Shown: positions 38,938-48,174, counted from the stretch's first letter. The stretch: 55,594 nucleotides of DNA from Deltaproteobacteria bacterium (GCA_020845775.1 JADLFC010000017.1:1-55594); one strand, 5' to 3'. Notes: generated from the letters alone by a model not told the origin. Numbers and translations: made by a program.

Positions 38938-38993
38938 GGTTATACCATTTACAAAAAGTAAAATATTTAACTTACTTTTTGGAAACGGTATAT
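38938..38993 (-). repeat. Dispersed structured repeat, copy D (internally deleted)
   Basis: gttataccatttacaaaaagtaaaatatttaacttactttttggaaacggtatat is copy C with an internal deletion of about 68 bp that falls between two short aaaaag direct repeats. Confidence 0.8.
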
Positions 38994-39002
38994 ACTAACG
39001 AG

Positions 39003-39428
39003 CTATGCTTTTATGAAAAGAATATACGTCCATGGAAGAATGGCACCAAACACATATACAGCACTTATTGCTCCCAGTGCCCTTTTTACCCAAGGCACTT
39101 TCGCAGTGATGAGGGTCAAGGTTACAACTACAACGATGGCTAATATCTTTGCATATGCGAGAGCCGATACTGTTCCGACCTCGTCCATGAGAGAGCGAAG
39201 CAGTGGGTTTCCCTCAATACTCGATCCAAAGCGAGCTACACCCATGCCCGTTAAAATTGCATCGAGTGCCTGAAGAACGACAAGAAAGGATCCTAGCGCT
39301 AATACGTCGCGCGAAGGAATGAACGACGAAGCCGTCATTGGCAGCGCCGCACATGAAGCACGTCCTACTTTAGATGAAACAGAGTAAAAGCAACAATCAT
39401 CCTGAGTTTTGTACGCTAATTCGCTCAT
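39003..39428 (-). CDS. DUF5658-like small membrane protein
   Basis: LVVLQALDAILTGMGVARFGSSIEGNPLLRSLM resembles the DUF5658 EGNPL motif. Two transmembrane helices are present. The N-terminal 30 aa (MSELAYKTQDDCCF...) may not be translated; an alternative start is MTASSF. Confidence 0.5.
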   Translation of the reverse strand: MSELAYKTQDDCCFYSVSSKVGRASCAALPMTASSFIPSRDVLALGSFLVVLQALDAILTGMGVARFGSSIEGNPLLRSLMDEVGTVSALAYAKILAIVVVVTLTLITAKVPWVKRALGAISAVYVFGAILPWTYILFIKA

Positions 39429-39556
39429 GAATATATATCAACCTATTATATTCATGTGCTTCTAAATAAGAGCTAAGTAGCTAATTTATAACGATATTTA
39501 TTCTCCGCTAATAGATGAGTCATTCTACGGATTTTCTTTTCCTTAACGCCCTTGGC

Positions 39557-41314
39557 TTAAGCCTTGCCCTTTGATTTCCCCATTTGATAGCTCTCAATCG
39601 TTATTGCACCCTTATCAATGGTAGTAGAGCCGAGCATTACTCCCATTTTTCTGATTTGCTCGATTGCATCAGGGGTAAGGTACTCTCTAGCCTTTTGCTG
39701 ATCGTCTGGCGGTGCGAACATCAACAACATCTGACCCATATTTTCTAAAGTAGTTCCAAAGCGATCGAAGCTCATGTACCAGTTAAACAATGTGTCCCGT
39801 TCGGAAAGAATCGATTTTTCCATGCCAGACGCCATTGACGCAAATACCTCTCCCTTTCCATTTATTCCTTTTAAAAGCGCCCTGAGTTGATTATCAGTTG
39901 AAGAGGCGATGACGAAATTCTTGTGACGTGTAAGGAACATCCCAAAGCCTAATGGACTCATCATACTTTTTACCTTCACGCCATCAATTTCATTTTCCTG
40001 CCACTGCAAACCCTGGGCGCCGCCTTGTGTTCCCATATATGACGTCACTATTTGCGAAATCTGCTGCTCGGATTGTTCCGCCGCATTCGATTCGAGCACG
40101 ATGAGTAGATCTGGAACTGGCAACATCGAACCGCCACTGCTAGGTGAGTTGACTACCAAACCAACGCGCTGAACGGCATCGAGCACCTTGAGCTGGTCCT
40201 GCACCGGCGCTGGGGCGTTAGCAGCTAAGAGTGCCTTAGCTCTTAGAAGCGTTTGGCCGTCCAAGCTTATAAACAGCAGTGGATCTGCTGGAAGCACTTC
40301 CAACATGCTTTTTGCGTTTGAGCTTCCAAAGATCTCAAAAACTTTCTTTTGGTTCTCGTCTCGGGGATTAAATAGAAGCTTCACAATCGCGCTTGGAATA
40401 TCTGCCATAGCGGAGGACAATGAAATCGCTTCTATTGGTGACTTAGAAACAGAGGCAATTAAATCGGACTTATTTTCGGCCTTAGCGATGTGCTCAACGA
40501 TTTTCGTAAGGTCGATGTACCCAAAGCCGTAACGGCTTTCGCTACTAGGAAAGTCCTGCGTAGCGCGTTTAAAATTCTCCGAATTTACAAACTGCGGAAC
40601 TCCTTGCTTCGCAGTCAGTACTTGTTGAATCACTGTCTCGCTAAATGAGAACACGCCCGTGCCGTTGTTCCACGCGACGAAAATCATTGGCGGCACTTTA
40701 GCCGCCGCTTTACATGCATCGACATCGTCGCATAAGTCATAACTCGAAAAACTAAAACCCTTAGCCCCGGAGATCGACTCATCCTTGACCTCAATACCAG
40801 CCTTTTTGATCTCATCTCTTATAACCGCCAGTCTATTCGGCAATTCGTCTTTTTTGCTGCTTCGCAACAACAATCCAATACTCGTCAATGGTTCGCTTGC
40901 CTGCTGTGGCAGCGTAGCGAAAAGCGCTACCTCGCCAACGAAGTCTTCAATTACTTGAGGTTGCTCGCTCAGATTACATGATCCCTCTAAAATCTGAGCC
41001 ACTTTTTTCGGAAAGCCCTCGCTAGTCAAGATGTCCTTAGCTGAAAACTTGTTTTGCCGAGGGGACCATGGAGAAGCCAGTAATCGCTTGTACGCCGCAT
41101 GCGACAAATCGGCAGATACAAAACAATATGCATCAGAAGGAATAGACTTTACGAGCGAATCGCTGTTTGTGAGCTCAGCCGCAACGTCGGTCGCCTGTGC
41201 TTTTTTTGCAACGACCGAAGTCTCCTTCTTCTTGGAACATGAAGCGGTAAATAAAAATACAGATGTTAGTAAGATAAGCGCAACTCTCGATAGTGAATTG
41301 CAAAACAGTTTCAT
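39557..41314 (-). CDS. Large putative lipoprotein of unknown function
   Basis: Start chosen at MKLFCNSLSRVALILLTSVFLFTASC, a signal peptide with a lipobox-like TASC sequence. The rest of the protein has no recognisable domain. The track ORF extends to 41377. Confidence 0.55.
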   Translation of the reverse strand: MKLFCNSLSRVALILLTSVFLFTASCSKKKETSVVAKKAQATDVAAELTNSDSLVKSIPSDAYCFVSADLSHAAYKRLLASPWSPRQNKFSAKDILTSEGFPKKVAQILEGSCNLSEQPQVIEDFVGEVALFATLPQQASEPLTSIGLLLRSSKKDELPNRLAVIRDEIKKAGIEVKDESISGAKGFSFSSYDLCDDVDACKAAAKVPPMIFVAWNNGTGVFSFSETVIQQVLTAKQGVPQFVNSENFKRATQDFPSSESRYGFGYIDLTKIVEHIAKAENKSDLIASVSKSPIEAISLSSAMADIPSAIVKLLFNPRDENQKKVFEIFGSSNAKSMLEVLPADPLLFISLDGQTLLRAKALLAANAPAPVQDQLKVLDAVQRVGLVVNSPSSGGSMLPVPDLLIVLESNAAEQSEQQISQIVTSYMGTQGGAQGLQWQENEIDGVKVKSMMSPLGFGMFLTRHKNFVIASSTDNQLRALLKGINGKGEVFASMASGMEKSILSERDTLFNWYMSFDRFGTTLENMGQMLLMFAPPDDQQKAREYLTPDAIEQIRKMGVMLGSTTIDKGAITIESYQMGKSKGKA

Positions 41315-41533
41315 AGACTCTTTAGACTCCAAAATAGTAAGGAATAATGCCTTAGGATGATTTCCAATACCTGGCACGCCTGCGCTGCCCTGATAAGTTC
41401 GATTAGCTCTGCTTATACTGTTTTCGTTGGCTTTTGCCCAGAGGATAATATCAACACGCCCCGACTAGTAAATAGGCAAGGGGTGTTTTTGCAGTTTTTT
41501 TTGTGGCAGCGAAGACGCTAGTAGCGACTATAT

Positions 41534-42706
41534 CTAACTGTCGCGGTCCATCTGTAGCGAAAGGCCGGCGGCCATTCCTTCGCCCTCGGTGGAATCGCCG
41601 CCCTTACTTCCGCTAAAGGCCGATGCCGGTTCGTTCAGCGAACCGTCTTCGGCTAGCTTTATTTTTAGGCGCAGGTTGTTGGTGCTGTCGGCGTTTCTAA
41701 GCGCCTCCTCCAAGGAAATGCGACCTTCCTGGTAAAGACTGAGCAAGTGCTGGTCAAACGTCTGCATTCCCACAGTAGTGCTAATTTCCATTGCCTCTTT
41801 TAGTTCTGCAATCTTGCCTCGGTAGATTAAATCCTTAACACGAGGACTGCCTAACAGTATCTCGACACAGGCAGCCCTGTTGCCCTCGACCGTGCGCACT
41901 AAGCGCTGAGAAATAATCCCGCGAAGATTTAGGCTTAACTGAAGATAGATCTGCTGATGCCGCTCCGGCGGAAAAAAGTTCATTATGCGTTCCATCGCCT
42001 GGTTTGCGTTATTCGAATGAAGCGTTGCAAGACACAAATGTCCAGTCTCAGAAAACGCAATGGCCGCTTCCATCGTATCCGAATCCCTAATCTCACCAAT
42101 GAGGATTACGTCAGGTGCCTGCCTGAGCGCATTCTTTAAGGCACTAAAATAATTGTCCGTGTCCATGCCAATCTCGCGCTGATTTACAATCGACTTCTTA
42201 TGCGCGTGCACAAACTCAATGGGATCCTCTATTGTAATAATATGACCAGCCTGGTTTGAGTTTCTGTGGTCAATCATTCCCGCAAGAGTCGTAGACTTTC
42301 CGCAGCCAGTAGAGCCAACGACCAACACCAAACCGCGCTTACTCATTGCAACTTCTTTGATAACGGCTGGCAAACCAAGATCGTCTAAGTTTGGAATCTT
42401 AGACTTAATCTGTCGAATTACCATGCCAATACAACCACGCTGGCGAAAAATGTTTACGCGATAGCGCCCTAAACTGGAATAGTAGAGAGCTAAATTCTGC
42501 TCGTTTGTGGCCTCAAAATCCTTCTGTTGCTTTTCGGTCATTACACTCATGGCGAGCATCTCCGTCTCCTCGCGCTCAAGAGCGCGCGAACCAGCCGGTC
42601 GCACAACGCCGTTAACGCGATAACACGGCGGGCTGTCAACCGTTACATAAAGGTCTGAAGCATCGTGTTCATTCATTACTGTTAAAAGCTTTCTAATATC
42701 TAACAT
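41534..42706 (-). CDS. pilU: Type IV pilus retraction ATPase PilU (PilT paralog)
   Basis: The Walker A VGSTGCGKSTT and the PilT-family His-box/Asp-box are present; 390 aa. It lies directly downstream of pilT. Confidence 0.85.
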   Translation of the reverse strand: MLDIRKLLTVMNEHDASDLYVTVDSPPCYRVNGVVRPAGSRALEREETEMLAMSVMTEKQQKDFEATNEQNLALYYSSLGRYRVNIFRQRGCIGMVIRQIKSKIPNLDDLGLPAVIKEVAMSKRGLVLVVGSTGCGKSTTLAGMIDHRNSNQAGHIITIEDPIEFVHAHKKSIVNQREIGMDTDNYFSALKNALRQAPDVILIGEIRDSDTMEAAIAFSETGHLCLATLHSNNANQAMERIMNFFPPERHQQIYLQLSLNLRGIISQRLVRTVEGNRAACVEILLGSPRVKDLIYRGKIAELKEAMEISTTVGMQTFDQHLLSLYQEGRISLEEALRNADSTNNLRLKIKLAEDGSLNEPASAFSGSKGGDSTEGEGMAAGLSLQMDRDS

Positions 42707-42785
42707 ATTGTTTGCCTTCCCGTAGTTCGCAACAGCGCTTTACCACAAGCCATTCCAGGCTCATTCGTTCGGCGACAAGCGGTTC

Positions 42786-43832
42786 TTATTGCTCAGTACC
42801 AAAGAGATTCGGATTCCCAGATTTCTCGATGGCCGTCTCCTTCGTAATCAGATGAGCATCGGCTAACTCCACTAATGCCATTTCCATCGTCCGCATGCCC
42901 ACATTCTGCCCAGTCTGCAGCATACTCGGCAGTTGGTGAATCTTGTTTTCCCGTATGAGGTTTCTAACACCCGTCGTCCCTACCAGTATCTCCAGTGCCG
43001 CAATTCGCCCGCCACCGACCTTCTTGCAAAGCGTTTGAGTTATTATTGCTTGTACCGACTCGCTTAGCATTGCTCGCACCTGACCCTGTTGGTCAGCGCT
43101 AAACACATCGATAATGCGATCTACTGTCTTAGGTGCACTTGAAGTATGTAGTGTCCCGAACACCAAATGACCTGTCTCTGCGGCGGTAAGCGCCAATTGA
43201 ATAGTCTCCAAATCTCGCATTTCGCCAACGAGAATGATATCTGGATCCTCTCGCAAAGCGGCTCGCAACGCCGCCGCAAACGAGCCCGTGTGTGGCCCAA
43301 CCTCACGCTGGTTAACCAAGCAGCGCTTCGAGGGATGCACAAACTCAATCGGATCCTCGACGGTAAGAATGTGGCCTTCCAGCTCATTGTTTATTAGATC
43401 GACCATTGCTGCCAAGGTGGTGGATTTTCCAGAGCCGGTTGGGCCAGTAACTAGTACTAAACCCTTTTCCTTTCGCGTTAGCTGCGCCAAAATTGACGGC
43501 AAGCCCAACTGCTCGAGGCTCATTATTGCAGTAGGAATAGTCCTAAACACGGCGCCCATCCCACGCCGCTGCCTAAAAACATTGACGCGAAACCGCGCTC
43601 CCTCACCAAGCTCAATTGAAAAATCAATGTCATTGTACTCCTCGAACACTTTTCGCTGAGAGTCACCCATTATGTCGTAAAGCATCGCATGCGTCTGCTC
43701 CGGACTAAGCACTGGCAACTTTACTTTTTTCATGTCGCCATGTACGCGAATAATAGGCGGCTCGCCGGCACTAATGTGTAGATCCGAACCACCCTGCTGA
43801 TACGTAAATGTTAGTAACTGAGCTATATCCAT
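42786..43832 (-). CDS. pilT: Type IV pilus twitching-motility ATPase PilT
   Basis: 348 aa with the Walker A VTGPTGSGKSTT. The PilT signature AIRNLIREGKxHQxxS is approximated by VRNLIRENKIHQLPS. Confidence 0.9.
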   Translation of the reverse strand: MDIAQLLTFTYQQGGSDLHISAGEPPIIRVHGDMKKVKLPVLSPEQTHAMLYDIMGDSQRKVFEEYNDIDFSIELGEGARFRVNVFRQRRGMGAVFRTIPTAIMSLEQLGLPSILAQLTRKEKGLVLVTGPTGSGKSTTLAAMVDLINNELEGHILTVEDPIEFVHPSKRCLVNQREVGPHTGSFAAALRAALREDPDIILVGEMRDLETIQLALTAAETGHLVFGTLHTSSAPKTVDRIIDVFSADQQGQVRAMLSESVQAIITQTLCKKVGGGRIAALEILVGTTGVRNLIRENKIHQLPSMLQTGQNVGMRTMEMALVELADAHLITKETAIEKSGNPNLFGTEQ

Positions 43833-43875
43833 ATGCTAGAGTATCTATGGGCTAAAAATTAGTTTCGTACGCCTT

Positions 43876-43915
43876 GAATCTGCTACCTACAGCCAAGAGC
43901 AGATTCGTACAAGTA
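43876..43915 (-). terminator. Hairpin downstream of the flp pilin gene (gaatctgct-N13-agcagattc, extended by cgtac arms)
   Basis: A 9-bp perfect inverted repeat is visible. A second, smaller hairpin, tgcgc-gtca-gcgca, lies at about 44071-44084. T-runs are weak, so it could be an attenuator between flp and pilT. Confidence 0.3.
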
Positions 43916-44116
43916 TTGAAATCGAATGTTTCTCGCCAAAGCTTGACCCTTAAGCGCTAGGAAAAGAAATTGTGATGGGATTTATTAAAAACCGTTCTTC
44001 CGATTTACACTCAACAGACCTGTTAAATTAGGCCTTTAAGTAGCAAAACCCGCGTAAAAACAACAACTTATAAAGTTCTTGCGCTGACGCGCACGAAATT
44101 ACTCATTAAAACAATA

Positions 44117-44284
44117 TCAATCCGTGTCTATCGCCTCTTTGAGCTCTGGATTGCTTAACAGCTTAGAGGCCTCGCCGCCAACCGCCGCAACGCCTATAAC
44201 ACAGGCGAGCATTATGAGCGATGCGACTAAAAGATACTCTAACAACGTAGCGCCTTTTTCGTTATGGAAATATTTAAACATCAT
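44117..44284 (-). CDS. flp: Flp/Fap-family type IVb pilin (prepilin)
   Basis: Hand translation of the minus strand gives MMFKYFHNEKG|ATLLEYLLVASLIMLACVIGVAAVGGEASKLLSNPELKEAIDTD*. It has the Flp motif G/ATxxEY, with E at +5 and Y at +6 after the cleavage Gly, and a hydrophobic helix. At 55 aa it falls below the 60-aa cutoff of the ORF track. Confidence 0.8.
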   Translation of the reverse strand: MMFKYFHNEKGATLLEYLLVASLIMLACVIGVAAVGGEASKLLSNPELKEAIDTD

Positions 44285-44514
44285 GCCGTTAATGATAGAT
44301 TTAATTAATGTATTTAGCTTAGCATAATGATTAATCTTTTTGAATGGACAAAATTAACACTTACAACATAGTTGCAACATTGCTGGCATTTGCCGCAAAA
44401 ATCGATTAGTTGAATGCTCCGATTGTAGATTTTTATTACAACCCGCATCGGGTTCGCGCATAATATTAATTTGGGGTTCTTAGTAGGGAATTTGCGATTT
44501 AAATACTAACGTTT

Positions 44515-47500
44515 ATGAATTCATTGGCAAGCGACACAGAAGATCGAAGAGAGCCTTACCATGCTGTTATTCACGGTAAGAGCAACTTCTCAACAAGGCC
44601 AACGAGAATTTCGGGTTTTTGGGGCAGCACTGTTGCCGCTTACGAGATTTCCAAGCTCGCCCGTAAGCAAAAGCGAACCTTTTCGATCGTCGTGGTCGTT
44701 CCCGACTCACGTGCGGCGGAGGAGATAGAGCGAGATCTGCACTTTTTTTTAGATGAGGCGCAGGCTAAGGATCAAACCAGCACTCCTGCGATTACTATCT
44801 CCAAATTCCTAAACTGGGAGGTTCTGCCGTTTGACGAATTATCTCCAGCCCGAGACATAAGCGCTGAGCGCTTGTTTTCCTTAAAGACCCTCGCCATGAA
44901 TCAATGCTCAATAGTTGTCGCTACTGCGCCAGCTCTGATGCAGAGAATTCTCCTCCCACGAGATTTAATGACGAGTATAAGGAAAATATCTCTCAACATG
45001 GAACTATCGAGAGATAAATTCATTGCCAGCCTCGATAGCCTTTCTTACGTTCGAACTACTTTAGTGGAGGAAGTCGGACAAATGGCTGTGCGCGGAGCCG
45101 TAGTGGATTTCTTTCCGCCAGGCATAAATCTGCCGATAAGAGTTGAGCTGTTCGCAGATATAATTGGATCAATTCGCACTTTTAATCCTGCCACTCAGCG
45201 AAGCGTCACTTCGTTAGCGGAGTTTGAAATCATGCCGGTAGGTGAATGCGTGCATCTTGCCGATTCCTCTCAACGCGTCCAATTTGCAATAGATAAGATT
45301 AAGGAGCGCGCAGACGACCTTGCAATTCCAACTAACCAGATCGAGGGCTTGATAGATGCGCTTAAAGGCAATGCCGATTATCCAGGCCTCGAACACCTGT
45401 TCTGCCTAATTTCAGAAAGCTCAGGAACGTTTCTTGACTACGTTTCGGAAAGTTCCTTGCTCGTAGCATACGACGAAATTGCCATCGCACAGGCTTTGGA
45501 TTCCTTTGAGGCATTAGTAGAAGAGCGAAGCCTCTTGGCTGAGAAGGAAGGGAGGCTTTTTTGCCAAACATCCTCTGCGTTCCAAACGGCAGAGCATACG
45601 CTAAGACAGCTACGCAAGAGGGGAAATTTCTTCTTTGACACTGTCGATATGCTTTCCTTCGACGATTCGCTTAGAGACGCCGCCAATGAGTCGCACGCAG
45701 AGTCTCCTAGCCTGGAGAAAGTGCGTGTTTACTCGAATTCAGAGATAACTAAGAAACTCTGGTCTTCCACCGACCAGGTTCAACCTTTTAAGGAACTCTC
45801 GAGGGAGATAAAGGCACGCATAGACGAGGGAGTAGCCGTCGCTTTAGTAACTAGCCAGGCATCGCGAGTTCAGCGCATTGTCGAGCTACTAACTAATTAC
45901 GAAATATCTTGTGAAAGGTTTAAAGGCTCATTTGCGAACTGGAGAAGTAGAGTAGAGAGCAGTAGCGGACGAGATCGCAAGGTAGTTAGTATTCTGGAAG
46001 GTGTGTGTGGTTCGGGATTGCGCGCGCTCGATGATGCTTTGATGTTTATTTTGGACACGGAAATTTTTAGAGACATGGCCGTGCGCCAGACGCGCTTTGC
46101 AGCACAAAACATTAAGCGCTTTCTTGGCACTAAGTCGCAATTAAGCGAGAACGATTTCGTGGTTCACGTCGATCATGGCATCGCCATCTATCGGGGCCTA
46201 AAGGCCATGACAGTGGAAGGCGAGATAAACGATTATCTCCACCTAGAGTACGCCGAAGGGGCCAAGCTCTATGTTCCAATGGACAACATAGCTAAGGTAC
46301 AAAAGTATATCAGTGCCGGAGGAGGCGCGGAACCGCAGCTAACTAAACTCGGTTCTACTGCCTGGGAAAAGGCTAAGACAAAAGTTCGGCAAAATGTTCA
46401 AGTCTTGGCGGGCGAACTCATTAAGATTTATGCCGAAAGACAGGTAGCCAAAGGACTATCGTTTGGGGAGCCGGATGAAGAGGACGAGCGCTTTGCCGAT
46501 TCCTTTGCATTTACTGAGACGCCCGATCAGATGTCGGCCATTGACGATGTATTGAGAGACATGGCGTCTGATAAGCCCATGGATCGCCTAGTATGTGGCG
46601 ATGTCGGCTACGGCAAGACTGAGGTTGCCGTGCGCGCAGCATTTAAGGCCGTCATGTCGGGTAAACAGGTCGCCATTTTGGTTCCGACGACGGTTTTGGC
46701 GGATCAACATTTCGCTACCTTTAGTGAGCGCTTTGCAGGATACCCAATTCGCCTAAAATGTTTGAGCCGTTTTTGTTCGCCTATTGCAAATCGCCAAACC
46801 GTTTTGGAGCTTGCTAGTGGCAGCCTAGATGTAGTAATCGGCACACACCGCCTTTTGCAGCGAGATGTGCATTTTAAAGATCTGGGATTGTTGATTATCG
46901 ATGAAGAGCACCGCTTTGGAGTGGCACATAAGGAGAGGTTTAAGCGATTTAAGCGCGAAATAGATGTCTTGACATTGAGCGCTACGCCTATCCCAAGAAC
47001 TCTCAACATGTCGCTATCTGGTATACGGGATTTAAGCGTAATCGAAACACCACCAAGCGATCGGCAAGTAATTAGAACGTACATTGCGCCGTATAGCGAT
47101 GGCGTAGTGCGCGAGGCGATAATGCGCGAGATAGGACGCAGCGGGCAGGTGTTTTACATTCACAATCGAGTCAGCAATATCGCTGCTATTGCAGCCGAGC
47201 TTGGCAAACTGGTTCCAGAGGCCAAGATAGAATTTGCCCATGGACAGATGCACGAAAAGGAGCTAGAGGTTATTATGCATCGATTCGTAAGTCGCGAGAT
47301 CGATGTGCTGGTTTCAACTACGATTGTCGAGTCTGGCTTAGATATTCCAAACGCCAACACCATCATCATTCGAGGAGCAGAAAAATTCGGCTTGGCTGAG
47401 CTTTATCAGCTTAGAGGTCGGGTAGGAAGGAGCTCGCGCCGCGCCTATGCCTACCTACTAGTGCAAGATTTAAAGAACATTGCCGGGGATGCAAAGCGGC

Positions 47501-48174
47501 GCCTACAAGTGCTTCAATCGTTAGACGACCTAGGTGTGGGCTTTCGATTAGCGCTTCAGGATATGGAAATTCGCGGCGCAGGAAATCTTTTGGGAAAGGA
47601 TCAGTCAGGACAAGTAAGCCAAGTTGGCTTTGAGTTATATTCTCGGATTTTGAAGGAAGTTGTGGATAACATGCAGGAGAGTGCTGTAGAAACCACCAAT
47701 CTCACAAAAGATGTTCCCATAGTGGAACCAGAGGTTCATATTGGTTTTCCCGTTCATATACCGGAGTGGTATATTCCGGATGTTGCCGAGAGGTTAGTAT
47801 TGTACCAGCGATTAGTAGATTTGCGAGACGAGGCGCGAGCTGGCGAGTTAAGAGAAGAGATCGAGGACAGATTTGGCAGGCTTCCAGAAGAAGTCGCTTT
47901 GCTGCTCGAGCTAATGACTTTTCGCAGTTTGCTAAAACAAGCTCGAATTGTGTCGGCTAGTTTTAGAAATTCTCAGCTAGTGTTAGCATTTCACCCGCGC
48001 GTTTCTCTGGATGGCAAAACAGTTATCGAAGCTATTCAGACCGCAAGGGGTCGCCTAAAGATTAGCCCAGATATGGTATTAAAAGCTGATATTGGAGTAC
48101 AGAAACTGGAGTCACCCGCCGAGTTGCTAGGTCACACAAAGGCAATATTAAAACAGCTTGGCGTGCAAGTGTAA
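44515..48174 (+). CDS. mfd: Transcription-repair coupling factor Mfd
   Basis: 1219 aa. UvrB-homology N-terminal modules, a RecG-like SF2 helicase core (CGDVGYGKTEVA, DEEHRFG) and a TRG motif are present. Confidence 0.95.
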   Translation: MNSLASDTEDRREPYHAVIHGKSNFSTRPTRISGFWGSTVAAYEISKLARKQKRTFSIVVVVPDSRAAEEIERDLHFFLDEAQAKDQTSTPAITISKFLNWEVLPFDELSPARDISAERLFSLKTLAMNQCSIVVATAPALMQRILLPRDLMTSIRKISLNMELSRDKFIASLDSLSYVRTTLVEEVGQMAVRGAVVDFFPPGINLPIRVELFADIIGSIRTFNPATQRSVTSLAEFEIMPVGECVHLADSSQRVQFAIDKIKERADDLAIPTNQIEGLIDALKGNADYPGLEHLFCLISESSGTFLDYVSESSLLVAYDEIAIAQALDSFEALVEERSLLAEKEGRLFCQTSSAFQTAEHTLRQLRKRGNFFFDTVDMLSFDDSLRDAANESHAESPSLEKVRVYSNSEITKKLWSSTDQVQPFKELSREIKARIDEGVAVALVTSQASRVQRIVELLTNYEISCERFKGSFANWRSRVESSSGRDRKVVSILEGVCGSGLRALDDALMFILDTEIFRDMAVRQTRFAAQNIKRFLGTKSQLSENDFVVHVDHGIAIYRGLKAMTVEGEINDYLHLEYAEGAKLYVPMDNIAKVQKYISAGGGAEPQLTKLGSTAWEKAKTKVRQNVQVLAGELIKIYAERQVAKGLSFGEPDEEDERFADSFAFTETPDQMSAIDDVLRDMASDKPMDRLVCGDVGYGKTEVAVRAAFKAVMSGKQVAILVPTTVLADQHFATFSERFAGYPIRLKCLSRFCSPIANRQTVLELASGSLDVVIGTHRLLQRDVHFKDLGLLIIDEEHRFGVAHKERFKRFKREIDVLTLSATPIPRTLNMSLSGIRDLSVIETPPSDRQVIRTYIAPYSDGVVREAIMREIGRSGQVFYIHNRVSNIAAIAAELGKLVPEAKIEFAHGQMHEKELEVIMHRFVSREIDVLVSTTIVESGLDIPNANTIIIRGAEKFGLAELYQLRGRVGRSSRRAYAYLLVQDLKNIAGDAKRRLQVLQSLDDLGVGFRLALQDMEIRGAGNLLGKDQSGQVSQVGFELYSRILKEVVDNMQESAVETTNLTKDVPIVEPEVHIGFPVHIPEWYIPDVAERLVLYQRLVDLRDEARAGELREEIEDRFGRLPEEVALLLELMTFRSLLKQARIVSASFRNSQLVLAFHPRVSLDGKTVIEAIQTARGRLKISPDMVLKADIGVQKLESPAELLGHTKAILKQLGVQV

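Noticed and set aside
41315-41377. Upstream extension of the lipoprotein ORF (MPGIGNHPKALFLTILESKES...)
   Set aside because: The internal Met at 41314 starts a classical signal peptide with a lipobox. The extension would place charged residues ahead of it.
44124-44327. 67-aa ORF on the + strand (MSIASLSSGLLNSLEASPPTAATPITQ...)
   Set aside because: It is antisense to the much more convincing Flp pilin ORF on the minus strand, which has a textbook G/ATLLEY prepilin motif. The plus-strand ORF has no protein-like features.
44381-44400. Possible sigma-54 promoters near flp and mfd (TGGCAT-ttgcc-GC on the + strand; TGCCAG-caatg-TTGCA on the - strand)
   Set aside because: On the + strand the GG-to-GC spacing is 7 nt, not 12. 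On the - strand the essential -24 GG is replaced by GC. Neither fits, unlike the perfect match at 53420.
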